This document shows positions 1-15,340 of a stretch of 64,000 nt of DNA, piece after piece; position 1 is the stretch's first letter; each line of letters opens with the position of its first letter. Location: the NCBI GenBank assembly GCA_964016885.1, contig OZ024747.1, positions 1,054,001-1,118,000 of the forward strand, read 5' to 3'. The stretch is from Eledone cirrhosa (taxonomy: Eukaryota). The position numbers and the translations under genes are program-made. A model generated the notes under the pieces. That model was not told where the DNA came from. It saw only the letters and a list, made by a program, of their open reading frames with translations, and made no database searches.

Positions 1-2606
1 TAAACCGCGTCCTGTTGAAATGTTTCCCCACCCCACTCAACACCTCCACCAGAACTGAAATGGAGATTGAACAATCCGATCTCCAGGAAACGAAAAGGTA
101 AGTGCACCTTTTCGTCCTTTTTGCCAACTCTTCTCCACCAACATGCCTGACTTACGAGTTGGAAGCGTGAATGTGCGTGGCCTAGGGATACCCTGGAAAC
201 AGGGCCAACTTTTAAAAGACCTTAGGTCACATGGTATAGATGTAATAGCCAGCACCGAGTCCAGGATCCACAACAGGCAGCAACTAACCCCCATCTTCAA
301 TGACTTTGAGATCTACGCATCTCTCTGTCAGCCGGGAGTGGAGGGGGAGTGACTGTCATGTTTCGGAAAAACCTGGTTCTCGAAGTACAGCAAGTACACC
401 TGGACCCGGAGGGTAGACTGGTAGTCCTAGACGTGAACAGTATTGGAGGAGGTGGAGCCTTCAGACTGGTGGCCGTTTATGCTCCGACCGAGCAATCACA
501 ATCGCGGCCAGACTTCTTTAAGCGTCTAGAGTCTTTTATGGGAACATCTAGCTCCTTGCTTTTAGTGGGGACTGGAATGGTATCCTAGATGCACGATGGG
601 ACTATGTAGGATCATGTCCCAGTAGAGTGGGGTGCAACAGCCTCAAAAATCTAATCGGCCAATTCCAACTGGCCGATAGATATTGACTAGATTTTCCGAC
701 TGCGCCACAGTGAACGTGGGCAAACCGCAGCGGGACATCTAGATCGTACCTAGATAGGTTTTTCATTAGAGAGAAGGACAAGGAGATGTTAAGCTGTCCA
801 CAAATGCACATGGTTGCCTATTCAGATCCCAAATTAGTCGTCTGCATAGTCAACCATGATAGAATACATAGACAAGGACCCGGATACTGGAAGCTGAACG
901 TGTCGTTGCCGGCACGAAAAGCCTACAGTGAACGGATAAGTAGATTAGTTAAGCAAGAGTTGACGTGAGCCATCGTCAACAATAGATGGTGGTACTCTCT
1001 CAAGAGAACAATTAGAGTAGAATCGATAGGGTTTAGCAGAGAATTAGCTTTAGAGAAAAACAAATCAGAAACAGAACTAGTAGCCAAGGTAGAAGAGGCG
1101 CTTAGGAGTGGCAACGCAGCTAGAGTGCTAGCATCGAGAACGGCACTGGACCAGTTCTTCGACGCGAAACACGAAGGCTGCGTGGTCAGAAGTAAATCAC
1201 GTGCTCTAGAAAACGAGGGAGCAAAAGCTGTTAGCTGGCTCCGAGTGGCGGAAGCGAAAAGTGGCAACAAGTCCACGATTCGGTCTTTGAAAGACCAAAA
1301 CGGACGCGTGCTACTTGACCCCAGGCAGATGTGCGCGGCCTTTCAGCGGCACTTTGCGCGACTGTTTGAGCAGAACGACGGTGCACCGAACGAGGCAATG
1401 GACTTTGGTACATACCCCGATGGCCTGCCGCGTCTCTCGAGCATGGACGCCGAGTTCTGCGAAAGACCGATCACAGCCACTGAGATACGAGACGCTCTGG
1501 GCCGCTGCGGGAAACGCAAATCACCCGGTCTAGATGGTCTACCCTATGAGTTTTACATAGGCATGTCGGACTTGTTCTCTGGCGTCCTCGAAGCCCTCTA
1601 GTGCAATTGGCAGCAGAACGGGACAATTCCCAGTTCTGCAGGCAAGGGCGTAGTAACGCTGATCAGGAAAGACGAGAACAAGGGGGACGAAATAAACAAT
1701 TTCAGGCCCATAACTCTGCTCAACACAGAGTTAAAGATTTTGGCCAAGGTGCTAGCAACGAGGCTGGCGCTTGTCGTCTAAAACCTGGTAGGGAAAGCGC
1801 AAACGTGTGCAATCCCAACCAGGTCCATACACGACAACCTCCACCTCATGCGATACATCATAGATAGAGTGGGGTGTAAATCCGGCTTCGGTGGGGTCTG
1901 ATCAATTTAGATCAGTCTAAGGCATTCGATATGGTCGACCATCGATACTTGGAAGCGGTTCTCAAGGCGGCTGGTTTCGGTCCCGTTTTCAGAGGCTGGA
2001 TCAAGGCGACGCACACCAGCCGGGCGTAAGAGACCTGTGGAACGACACAGAACAACTGCTGTCGCGTGTGGGGCAAATCCATTTGACTGCTGGGTCCATA
2101 GTAAGGATCAAACCGCCAACGAAAGAGAGGCGGTTTTCCTCTGTATAGTGGCTCTGGTGAAAGAGGTTATATGGTGGACCAGGTTGAGAGGACTGAGGAC
2201 AGATGCCTTTCTTTCCGGACAACAACTCAATCCCTTTTTTAGGTACCAGTTTGGAAGGGGAATCGGAGTAGAGAGAGGGGTATTGCACCCCAGTAAATTT
2301 ACTGAAAGGTGGGTGAATGTGGCAAAAAGGGCCCGAGTGATTGGGCCTGCTCTGCATATAAACCTGCAGGTTGAAGAAGAGAGCAAAAGGAAGAAAGGAG
2401 CTCTTGCATAACATGCTCCTGGAGTTGAGGGTTGTTCTATCGACGGGGTATAAAACAACCCATTTGTAACGCCTCCCCCCTATTGGGGATTTCGATTGTT
2501 GAATTTGTATGTTAAACTTTTTTTACACGATTGTATGTAAAATCCCCAGCATATGTCTTTGTATTGTTCCCTTTTCTTGTGCACCCTTGTGGTAAATAAA
2601 GAAATA
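1..2606 (+). mobile_element. Tx1/L1-clade LINE, degenerate copy 1: probable end of ORF1, APE endonuclease, N-terminal RT, internal deletion near 2001, 3' end
   Basis: From ATG 143: APE motifs (GSVNVRGL, TES, DPEGR, VAVYAP, GYWKLN), then RT N-terminal motifs (KSPGLDGLPYEFY, NFRPITLLN, DQSKAFD), with stops and frameshifts. Near 2001 the sequence jumps to the C-terminal segment (KEVIWWTRL). AATAAA at 2595, then (TATC)n. Confidence 0.9.
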
Positions 2607-2663
<57 letters not shown>

Positions 2664-2686
2664 CTCTATCTATCTATCGCTCTATA

Positions 2687-2717
<31 letters not shown>

Positions 2718-2750
2718 CTATCTACCTATCTATCTATCTATCTTTCTGTC
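2607..2750. repeat. (TATC)n microsatellite between two Tx1 copies
   Basis: Direct reading. Confidence 0.95.
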
Positions 2751-2759
2751 TGTCTCTTT

Positions 2760-5074
2760 AGTTCTGCGAAAGGCAGATTTCGGCCGCTGAGATAGGGGAG
2801 GCGCTGAGCCAATGCGGCAAACGCAAATCTCCAGGTCTCGACGGTCTACCCTACGAATTTTACGTAGCAATGCCTGACTTGTTCTCCGGTCTCCTGGAAG
2901 CGGTCTACTGCAACTGGCAGCAGAACGGGAGAATTCCCACTTCTGTGACCAAGGGCGTAATCACGTTAGTCAGGAAGGACGAGAACAAGGGGGATGACAT
3001 AGGCAACTTCCGGCCCATAACTCTGCTTAACACAGAGTTACAGATTTTGGCCAAGGTGTTGGCAAAGAGGCTGGCGCTTGTCGAAAACCTGGTGGGAGAA
3101 GCGCAGACATGCGCAATCCCGACCAGGTCCATACACGACAACCTCCACCTCATGCGATACATCATAGAGAGGGTAGGGTGTAAACCCGGCTTCGGTAGGG
3201 CCCTGATCAACTTGGATCAGTCTAAGGCTTTCGATAGGGTTGACCATCGTTACCTGGATGCGGTGCTCGAGGCGGCAGGCTTCGATCCCGTGTTCAGGGG
3301 CTGGATTGCTGCAATGCACAACAGCAACAACTGCTCAAGGGTCAAGGTGAACGGCTACCTCTCGGAGCCGTTCCATATCACGCGATCCAGCCGACAGGGA
3401 TGCTCTCTCTCCTCCCTTCTGTACGTACTGACTCTCGAGCCACTACTGCGGAAGTTGGAGCTATTGCAGGGCATCCCTTTGGAACCGGGACTGCGAAACG
3501 ACGTGACAGTAATGGTGTCGAGCACCTCGCAAATCGGGGAGATCGGCACCTTACTGGAGGAATACGAAAGGTTCACAGGAGCGAAGCTGAACCGGGACAA
3601 ATCCGTCGGTTTGCAACTCGGAACGTGGAGAGGCAAACCGATGCCTTCCGATGACGTCGTCGGACGCTGGACGGAAGGACCGGTAAAGCTGCTCGGGGTC
3701 TGGTTTGGCCCTGACCTCCAGGTGGCGAAGAACTGGAACGAGGTGACGGCCAAGGTGTTTGCGCTCACCCAGAAGTGGGCCGAGTGCAAACTATCCTTGA
3801 AAGGTCGAACGGAGGTGGCGAACACTTTTATAGTGTCCGTCATCTACTACCGCTTGACCGTTGTGCCTTGTCCAGCCAAAACGCTCACCAAAATGGGCTC
3901 CTTTGGTGAGAAGATCCATCTGCTGCCAACACCCTTCAAACGGAGGGCTGGGAATGCCGTAGCTGACGATGCGCAAACACGCGCTCAGGCTGCGGCACCT
4001 CCACGTATTCCTCACCAGACCACCGGTGTGGGCCCCGTTCGTGAGGCGAGCCTTCCCACGACTCGTCTCGCTGACCGAGCTGCAGACCTGGGTCAAGCAA
4101 AGACCGAGGAAAATGGGCGACTGGCATATCAAATGTGTTCAGGCGCTCACAGTCCTCTGGCAAACCGACCCGGCGACCAGTGGAGACTCCACTTCGATAT
4201 TCTACAGAGGGTTGGTCCGCAGCAAGTGCGACGACGCGCTCGGAGAAACTCTAGGCGTAGAGGAGGACGAACTGGCCAGTCTGTTTGGTAGGACCTTCCG
4301 CCCGGGACCAATGGACAACTTCCAAAAGTCCCTGGCCTGGCAGTGTTACCGAGGAGCTCTACCAGTTCGAGACAAGCTCGACAGACACGGGCGCCCGGGT
4401 AGGGACCCTTCGAAAAAGATCTGTCCGAGATGCGTGCGCGACGAGGAAACCGTCGCACACGCATTTGTACACTGCCCGGACGTTACCGACCTGTGAGGCT
4501 ATGTAGAATGACTATTGTCGCGGGTGGGACCAATCCAGTTGACCACCGAGTCCATTGTCATGATCAAACCGCCACCCTCCTTCAAAAACGAGGCAGAGGC
4601 GGTTTTCCTATGTGTTATGGCTATTGTGAAAGAGGTTATATGGTGGACGAGGTTAAAAGGGCTGAGGTCAGACACCTTTCTCTCCGGCGAGCAACTGATT
4701 GGTTTTTTCAAATATCATTTTGGAAGAAGAATCAGGATGGAGAGAGAGGTACTGTACCCCAGCAAGTTTTATAAAAGGTGGGTGAATGTGGCAAGAATGG
4801 CCCGAGTGGTCGGGCCTTCTCTCTATATAAGCCTGTAGGTTGAGGAAAAAGAGGAAGAGAGGAAGGGAGTACTCACTCTTGGTGCTCCTGGAGATGAGGG
4901 CTGTACATTTTTTCGGGGTGTGTACAACCCCTGTGTAACACCTCCACCCTATTGGGGATTTCAATTGTTATTTGTTGTTTTATTAATAGTTTTATTTTCA
5001 TATACCTGTATGTAAACTCCCCATTTGTATTTGTCCCCTTCTTTTGTGCCCTTGTGGCTAATAAAGAAATTTAT
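2760..5074 (+). mobile_element. Tx1/L1-clade LINE, 5'-truncated copy 2: RT, CCHC, 3' UTR
   Basis: ORF 2870-4291 has NFRPITLLN, DQSKAFDRVDH, RQGCSLS and KLLGVWF; the YADD motif appears deleted near 3495. CCHC CPRC..ETVAHAFVHC in ORF 3969-4496. 3' UTR similar to copy 1; AATAAA at 5060. Confidence 0.92.
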
Positions 5075-5114
5075 CTCTTTTTCCGCAACCCTTCTCTCTC
5101 TTCATATATTTCTA

Positions 5115-6135
5115 TATATATAATGTGCGTGAGTTCATTTATATATATATGTATATATATGTATGTATATATATGTATATATATATGTATATATATATGT
5201 ATATATATATATGTATATATATGTATGTATATATATATGTATATATATATGTATATATATATGTATATATATATCTATATATATGTATATATATGTGTAT
5301 ATATGGGGGTGATTGTGGTGGGGGAGATTCGGTGGTGACGGTACTGATGGTGGTAAAAGTGGTTGTGGTGATGGTAGTGGTAGTTGTGTGTGGTAGTTGT
5401 GTAGTAGTTGTGTGGTAGTTGTGTGTGGTAGTTGTGTGGTAGTTGTGTGGTAGTTGTGTGGTAGTTGTGTGTTGATAGAGTACTATGAAAGCACACCAAC
5501 ACCTGATATAGAAGAACAGTGACAACAACAACAACAACAACAAACAACAACACCACAACAACACCGCCACCACCACAACAACAACAACAACAACCACACA
5601 ACAACAACCACACAACAACAACCACACAACAACAACACCACAACAACACCACAACAACAACCACACAACCACAACAACAACAACAACCACACAACAACAG
5701 CAGCAGCAGGAGAGAGAACAACAAAAATAACAATACTTAGCAGATAACTAAACGGATACCACCACCACCACCACTATACCACCACCACCATACCACCACC
5801 ACACCACCACCACCACTATACCACCACCACCATACCACCACTACACCACCCCCACCCCCACCATACCACCCCCACCCCCACTACCACCACCACCACCACC
5901 ATACCACCCCCACCACCACTACCACCACCACCACCACCCCCACCACCACTACCCCCACCCCCACCCCCACCACTACCGCCACTACCGCCACCACCACCAC
6001 CACCACTACCCCACCCCCACCCCCACCACTACCGCCACTACCGCCACCACCACCACCACTATACCACCAGTATTAAGTGACCACTTAACTAGCACGGAAG
6101 TGATTGTATAAACCACCACTACCACCACCACCCAA

Positions 6136-6166
<31 letters not shown>

Positions 6167-6190
6167 GTAGTAGTAGTGTAGTTGCTGCTG
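5115..6190. repeat. Compound microsatellites: (TA)/(TATG), (GGT), (CAA), (CCA), (CTA)
   Basis: Direct reading. Confidence 0.9.
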
Positions 6191-6225
6191 CTGGTGTTGG
6201 TGTGCTGCTACCATATCTTCCACAG

Positions 6226-6301
6226 TGTCCAGTAAAACATCAACAACTGTAGACAGCAACATGGAGGGACAACTACTACAGTACCAGGGATTAGAACCTC
6301 T
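6226..6301 (+). CDS. Candidate small exon, unidentified (SSKTSTTVDSNMEGQLLQYQGLEP)
   Basis: TCTTCCACAG acceptor, GTAAGT donor at 6302, only one open frame. No homology recognised. Confidence 0.2.
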
Positions 6302-6350
6302 GTAAGTAGAACATTATAGTCATAACGGACACTTCGGAGAGAGAGGTATG

Positions 6351-6641
6351 TATAATATATATAATATATATATATAATATATATAATATATATATATAAT
6401 ATATATAATATATATATATAATATATATATATTATATATAATATATATATATAATATATATAATATATATATATAATATATATAATATATATATATAATA
6501 TATATATATTATATATAATATATATATATAATATATATAATATATATATAATATATATATATATATATTATATATATAATATATATATATATATAATATA
6601 TATAATATATATATATATATATTATATATATATATATATAT

Positions 6642-6673
<32 letters not shown>

Positions 6674-6843
6674 ATATTATATATAACATATATATATTAT
6701 ATATATATATATATATATTATATATATTATATATATAATATATATATATATATAATATATATAATATATATAATATATATATATATATATATAATATATA
6801 TATAATATATAATATATATATATATATATTATATATATATATA
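6351..6843. repeat. (TA)n-rich microsatellite
   Basis: Direct reading. Confidence 0.97.
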
Positions 6844-6879
6844 CATGAATGCATGCATACATAGATGCATGCATATATG

Positions 6880-7008
6880 ATGCTGTCTCTATTTTGTTCT
6901 CCCGATGAAGGGCTAAAGCCCAACACGTACTTCCTTTCCCCTTTTCCATATAAAGTTTGAAACTAATAACTTTTGTACTTCGGTTTGTTGTTTCTTTGAA
7001 CTCTCTAT
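6880..7008 (+). mobile_element. Old PLE 3' terminus with decayed hammerhead motif
   Basis: CCGATGAAGGGCTAAAGCCCAACACGTA at about 6902-6929 resembles CTGATGA-stem II-GAAAC-GTA. Ends in (TA)n. Related pieces at 30430 and 41025-41095. Confidence 0.5.
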
Positions 7009-7064
7009 ATATATATGTATGAGTGTGTGTGTGTGTATGTTTGTGTGTGTGTCTGTGTATGTGT

Positions 7065-7104
<40 letters not shown>

Positions 7105-7287
7105 ACGCATGCATATAAGCATATATACATTTCAAAACTTATTTCAAGATATTGAAAAGGGAACCGAATGGCAAGATACTGCCCCAGTCTTGTAATCAAT
7201 GGTACTAAACTTAGCTGATAAAGCAGGGAGTTAGGGAGTTAAACCTCAGTTCAAATCAACCCATCGAAATATTGTTTACAAATTATA

Positions 7288-7413
7288 TACATAAATATAT
7301 ATTTACTGAGTTGTCTACATTATAATTTACCGGCTGGTGCAAAATATTGGCACGCACATGTGTCTGTGTGTGTGTGTGTGCAAACACATTTATATATTTA
7401 CATACATACATGC

Positions 7414-7448
<35 letters not shown>

Positions 7449-7457
7449 TATATATAC

Positions 7458-7516
<59 letters not shown>

Positions 7517-7967
7517 TATACGTGCATACATATATATATATGCATACATACATACACACATATATATACGTGCATACATATATATATATATATATATATG
7601 CATACATACACACATACATATATATATATATGCATACATACATACACACATACATATATATATATATATATGATATATATACACATATATCAGTCCAGAA
7701 ATAGCCGTCGGAAAGGCTTGAGCTCTGCCGTCGGGGTCATACTTTTTCCTATTTCCCACTCTACTACCCTAAGTATTGAGTACTCTGGTGCATTATGGTC
7801 CATCTGGTTCCTTACCACAACTCCTTTGTTATATATATATATACATGCATGTATGTCATGTATGTATGTAAATATATAAATGTGTTTGCACACACACACA
7901 CATGTGCGTGCCAATATTTTGCACCAGCCGGTAAATTATAATGTAGACAACACAGTAAATATATATA

Positions 7968-7968
<1 letters not shown>
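7288..7968. repeat. Local inverted duplication of about 120 bp (7288-7412 vs 7858-7968)
   Basis: TTGTCTACATTATAATTTACCGGCTGGTGCAAAATATTGGCACGCACATG and its reverse complement are both present. Confidence 0.9.
7691..7832 (+). mobile_element. PLE family A terminus (3' half of HHR plus tail) in (TA)n
   Basis: Close match to 45225-45363. Confidence 0.85.
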
Positions 7969-8007
<39 letters not shown>

Positions 8008-8012
<5 letters not shown>

Positions 8013-8110
8013 TACAGAAATACTAGAAGTAGTTGATAGTTTCTGTTACCTAGGTGACCAAATCGTCAGTTGGGACGAATATTCCGGAAACATTGTAGCC
8101 CGTGTAAGAC
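8008..8110 (+). mobile_element. RTE LINE RT fragment
   Basis: LEVVDSFCYLGDQI..IVARVR resembles the RTE YLG motif region. Confidence 0.55.
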
Positions 8111-8147
8111 ATGTTGTTGTTGTTAAGATGATGCTCTCTCTCACCCC

Positions 8148-8182
<35 letters not shown>

Positions 8183-8184
<2 letters not shown>

Positions 8185-8236
8185 GTCGTCGAAACGGTTT
8201 AAGCTCTGTCGTCGGGGTCCTGACTCTTTTCCCATA
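8183..8236 (+). mobile_element. PLE family A tail-less fragment
   Basis: TAGTCGTCGAAACGG...GTCGGGGTCCTGACTCTTTTCCCA then (TA)n. Confidence 0.7.
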
Positions 8237-9178
8237 TATATATGTATATATCTTTATCCCTATCTATCTATCTACCCCCCCCCCCCCACACACACAAAGA
8301 CAGCCTGTTATGATGCGCCTGTCTATTGTATATAAACAATGAATTCGGAAGATATTTGAAGTTTGGCTACGCCACTTTTGCTACATCTACCTCGGCTGCC
8401 AGTGAGTTCATGTAGGTAACAAAAGCTATCAACTACTTCGAGTGAACATTTTCGCATTTGAGGGTTTATATGTGAACTACTCACAACTCCAGGTGAAGTC
8501 TACCTTCTCTGTTAACCTTCTTGTGTTTATACTACACTTCTTATACATCCATTCTATACACAGCCTATAGTATTTCTACCTCCACATTTCCCTGCTGGTA
8601 GCAGCTGTCTTCTTACTAAAACTTTCGTCTTGGTTAGGTTTACTTTCAGGCTTTTACATTCCAAATTTTGCTTCCGTATCTGGAATTTCATTTCTAATTC
8701 TTCTACGGTTTAAATAGAAGAGTCAGGCCATCGGCAAACCTTCTCAGCGACATTCTCTTATGTCTTGGGTACTCTAAACATGGTTTCTGGCATTTACCAG
8801 AGATTCGTCTCTGTAGTCATGGTTACCTCTTACCTTGATAGCTTAGCTACGCCGAAGGCTTTTACTTGGAAACAACAAAATTACATACATCTGTAAACAC
8901 ACCTATGTACAACCACACACACACACACACAGAGAGAGCAGAGAACAACGAAATACCTTCTGGACCTTTATTTTGAGAAGAAAGGAACATTCTATTTAAA
9001 TCAATAGAATCTTGTAGTGAATCGATTGAATCCTGACCTGTTGAACCCCACCACCACCCTCACTACCACCCCAACACCCCACTTCCACCCTCACCACCCC
9101 CGCTTCCACCCCAACACCCCACCACCACCCTCACCACCACCCCACTTCCACTTCAACCATAACAATGGAAACCAATAA

Positions 9179-10642
9179 TCTCTATATATATATAAAACGG
9201 AAGATGTCTGTGTGTGTGTATGATTTTTATGCATTTCCACATTTCTCTACCGATTTTGATGATTTCTTTTTCAAATGTGCTCCAAATTTACCAACGATGG
9301 TCAACGCGTAATAAACTTTGCCAAAAATTTCCTGCTTCTATGAAAAAAAATCGATAAAACTAAATACATGCTGTAACCCTCTCTTTTACACGCTTATTCA
9401 CTCTCTCTACTACCCAACAGCGACAAAACTTCGTTCAGGAACGCGACATAAACTTTGAAAACTAAGCAACACATCATTTTATAGAACAACAAACATAGTC
9501 ATAACGCTCTCTCCATCGCTATTCCCTCTCTCTATAATAGATCATTCCTCCTCTCTATAATTGAACTGCTTTACTCTCTTCATGCTTTGAGGTTTAACAC
9601 ACCTTTCTATAGTTTCTTAGCTTTACTCTCTCCGTCGCTCTTCCCTCTCTCTATAATAGATTATTCCCCCTCTCTATAATTTAACTGCTTTACTCTCTCT
9701 GTCGCTCTTCACTCTCTATATGACAACACTGTTTTATACACCTCCCTATAGTTTCTTAACTTTACTCTCACCATCGCTCTTCCCTCTCTCTATAATAGAT
9801 TATTCCCCCTCTCTATAATTTAACTGCTGGGGGAATCATTGGAGTTCCGTATTGACATACGACTTTTCTGGGGTATTTTAAATCGGCTTATTGCAAATAA
9901 CAACCCGCAAAATAACACTTCATATAACAGATTAATGCTATAGACCTATGAATCGGAATGTTTAAATTATTTATTTTTTACGACTTTCATTGGTTAAATA
10001 TTAATATGACAACACCCATAGTGTTGTACTTCTGGCAATTCTGCCGAATACACTGCCAAGGATGAACCTTTTCCCCTCGGCGTCAGATATCCCGTTCAAT
10101 TTCCGGCGATCCCAATTCCCGGTGAGACCATGTTTTGCCATGTCCGTTAACAAGTCACAAAGGCAAACATTGTCGGTGGCGGGCATCCATTTGGGGGAGC
10201 CATACTTCTCCCATGGCCAACTTTATGTTGCCTGTTCCCGCGTAGGGAGCAGGAATGGACTTTTTGCTTACACTCCTCAAGGGATCACACGCAATATCGT
10301 CTACAAAGAGGTGCTATAGATGTTGAGGCAGGTGTTGGAGGTGTTGGAGCTATGCCGTCTGGAAAACTATTTCCTGGTAGGGTCACTCATGGCGGACAGA
10401 TCTGACACCCAGCGGCAACAGGGCCACCATCTTGCAACTTTGGTCTGCTAAATTCGCTATTGGAAGATTATTAACCCATCATTGATTGTCCAAAATGCTA
10501 ATTGGTTCGTAACTTTTAATAACCGGTTCAACTGCTTTATGCACTTAATTGATAAGCTTATTCGCTTTCAAGCCACGTTTATCTGTATGTAACTTTTCAT
10601 AGCAAATGAACAAACCCAAGCAACGCCGGGCTAAACTGGTAG
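9179..10642 (+). mobile_element. Non-autonomous Helitron retaining a PIF1-like helicase C-terminus
   Basis: 5' TCTCTATATATATAAAA start; subterminal hairpin CCCAAGCAACGCCGGG; CTGGTAG end followed by T. Internal ~120 bp tandem repeats at 9505-9830. Confidence 0.85.
10062..10319 (+). pseudogene. Helitron RepHel helicase C-terminal fragment
   Basis: RRSQFPVRPCFAMSVNKSQRQTL..FSHGQLYVACSRV..TRNIVYKEVL match PIF1/Helitron helicase motifs V-VI. Confidence 0.93.
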
Positions 10643-10815
10643 TATTTGATAAATCTATTTAATGTTATCTTAAATCTATTTAATGTAAGAATTATAAAAA
10701 TATTTATTCTATCGAGCTAAAGAAAAAAAGAATCTTTAAATATATTTCTATGCTTTTCCACTCATTTTTACCAATAATCTTCGATTTGTATGGAATATTA
10801 CCACTCTTTTTCAAC

Positions 10816-10870
<55 letters not shown>

Positions 10871-10920
10871 GCGTGTGTGTACACATATTGCATATATGTA
10901 TGTATATATAGACATGTATA

Positions 10921-10967
<47 letters not shown>

Positions 10968-11632
10968 GCCCGTAACTCTTGATAGAGTCGTAGGGTCGCT
11001 GTATTGATATTTTAGGGCTGGTGGAGCCCGTCCCTCTCCAGGCCTGAATACAGCAGATTTCTTCCAGAGAAAGAGAGAAAGAGATATAGAGAAAGAATCG
11101 ACCATAGTACTAGACTGGTACTTGTATTTATGACATGGTTAGATGCCCATCCAAACGCCATTTATTTTATAAAGAGTGCCGAGTGCATTTTATCATGGCC
11201 TCAATACTGTAGTTCTCTCTGCACTAAGTTGAACTCCGTGAAAGAAAGAACTAGGAAGACATGGACGGATATGGTGAGAATTAATCTGAAGAAAGTAAAG
11301 ACAAAGAACCGTGACGGTTGATACCATTTGATGCTGAAGAAGACCTACACACAGGACGGCAAATTTAGACAATTCAGTGAGAAAACCTCGATCTGAGATA
11401 AACATAACATGTACATAAATTGTAGCACATATCCTGATGTGTTTTGGTAGCTTGGGGCGAAAATATTATTGGAGGGGGACATGCCCCACCCCCAGTTTCA
11501 CCGCCACTGTATATATATATATATATATAAAATTTAAAAAAAATTAAGCTCTTTACCCTTTCCTAAGGGGTTAATATATCGAGCTTCTTCGCATTTTGCA
11601 AGAAACTTGTATTATACCCAATTTATTCATCT

Positions 11633-12125
<493 letters not shown>

Positions 12126-12267
12126 TATAAATATATATATATATATATTTATATAACCAAACTACTACCACTACAGGAATTGAATAATGAAAACCGTAGT
12201 GGTATGTGGTATAACCAATCTCTTATATATTTTATCTGATGAAAACGTACTGAAACACCATTGTACC

Positions 12268-12310
<43 letters not shown>

Positions 12311-12316
<6 letters not shown>

Positions 12317-12500
12317 TTTATTATATGGCTATCGATGAGCTTTGTTGCTCTAAAGTTTCACCTGTGCACTCACAGGATCACCAGTCTTGTCTGGTGAGTA
12401 CGCAGGTGAAACTCCAGAGTAACAAGGCTTAGTTATAATAAATGAATATTTAAACTCTACTTAGGTTTTGAGTTTTCATTCTTACGTCCGTCAATAATTC
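12311..12500. mobile_element. Old fold-back PLE mini-insertion with decayed HHR
   Basis: Diverged palindrome 12311-12449. Minus strand reads CTGGTGA-TCCTGTG AGTG CACAGGT-GAAAC. Confidence 0.6.
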
Positions 12501-12503
12501 ACG

Positions 12504-12811
12504 TACTCTCAGGTCTTGAATAATCGTCCCTACCCCCCACTTATTAATTTGTCACATTTTTCCACCCCCACGTCCCACCCGCTTATTAAACATTGCTAAT
12601 CTATCTCCGGCGAAATTTTATTGTAAATGATTCATATTGATACAGCAGCTGAAGAATCTAATAATTTTATTTTACATTAAAAATACTTTATATATGACAG
12701 AAGAACATTACAAGAAATCCCATATTTACAAACGTACCCTATACAATTACTGATTTCCCAAGCGCCACCCCATTATTGACACCCCCTCCTATTATTTGGG
12801 CCCCGAGAGTG
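12504..12811. mobile_element. Probable MITE with imperfect terminal inverted repeats
   Basis: TACTCTCAGGTCTTGAATAAT versus ATTATTTGGGCCCCGAGAGT. Confidence 0.5.
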
Positions 12812-12989
12812 ACATCAAACCCTCTCCTCTTTATATCTATCTCTCCCCTCTGTCTCTACATGACATGTACATAAATTGTAACGCATATCCAAATAGATTT
12901 GTCTTGTTAGTTTGAGGAGAAAAATATAATTATTGGGAGGGGGGGGGGCATGGCTCCTACCTATCTGTATCTCTCTCTCTCTCTCTCTC

Positions 12990-13054
<65 letters not shown>

Positions 13055-13061
13055 CTATATA

Positions 13062-13702
13062 TCTGTATATATATAAAATTAAGTATGTGTGTGTCTGTGT
13101 GTCTGTGTATTACCTATAGGGGCCTACATCTTACGACCGATTTTCATGAAACTTTACAGGCTCATAGATTAGCCATGGGGGAGTGTTTTCTATATATCAG
13201 CGTCTCGTTTTTTTTTTAATCCCGGGGTCATTCTGCAGATAAAAATCGATAGGGGGGGGCACCTTTTTTTAGGTATAGAAAAATAAGATTTTTGGCTCTA
13301 GCTCCCACATTTTGCCACCGATTTCGTTCAAATTTTAAAGCAAAATAGAATTTATCATTGCACATCCTGTAATGGCTTTATACTTTACATTTGTTGTTCA
13401 AGAACGGCGTTGCAGCCGCTTAAATATTCGAAAATATCACCTTTTCGCTCAAATTTCCGCCTTTTCGGCTCTAGCTCCCACATTTTTCAACCGATTTCGT
13501 TCAAATTCGAAACTCTCTCCCCCAGCATGCCCCTTCGTCAGTCACCGAGGTTTCTCAGTGATAGAGGTCATCCCCAGCCTCCGCCGCATGGCTTGTGTGT
13601 GGCCATAGATGAGTCATCGAGAAGCAGTCGCTAAGATCAACACCTTTTCATGAAAGCAGATATTATTTTACCTACCCAGTCAACGATGGGTACTGCTGCT
13701 AG
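13062..13702 (+). mobile_element. Non-autonomous Helitron
   Basis: 5' TC..TATATATAAAA plus TGTGTCTG; 3' hairpin ACCCAGTCAACGATGGGT; CTAG end (13699-13702) followed by T. Confidence 0.8.
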
Positions 13703-13767
13703 TTATATATATATAATGTAATAAAATAACAGGAGGCTGGACTTGTGTAAATCCTTGAAAGGTTTAT

Positions 13768-13827
13768 TATACTATGATCATTTCAATGACCGGGTTCCGT
13801 ATGAATCCGGTGATATCATCAGGTATT
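13768..13827 (-). ncRNA. Hammerhead motif in a PLE terminus, partly degenerate
   Basis: Minus strand: CTGATGA, stem II ACCGGATTC/GAACCCGGT, GAAA-TG-ATC. Stem I weak. Flanked by (TA)n. Confidence 0.6.
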
Positions 13828-13881
13828 CGAAATATAATAAATGAATGTAACAGATAAAATCCATGGGGCTGAAAAACCTAA

Positions 13882-15030
<1,149 letters not shown>

Positions 15031-15340
15031 TACACACATACATACAAGCACACACACATACTGACAAATATATGTATTATTTGAGCAAATGAGACAACCT
15101 GGTTCTTCTTGACTGCTCAAGGTTGACATTGTAATCTGACATGAGCGAGGTCACACCTCAACCAAGCATGTCCAAACGACATACACCACCACCACCGTAA
15201 CACCCTACTCTGTGACGTAATACAACAACTGTGTGAAACTTACTGTATTAGAGCTACAACAACAGTGTGAAACAGATGATAAATATTAGAGTTGTTCCAA
15301 AACATAAGAATAGAAAGCTGATATTTTCAGGTAATGTTCC

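Noticed and set aside
10062-10319. Host PIF1 gene
   Set aside because: Short intronless C-terminal fragment inside Helitron termini.
15100-15215. Minus-strand exon candidate
   Set aside because: Weak splice sites and stops in the plausible frames.
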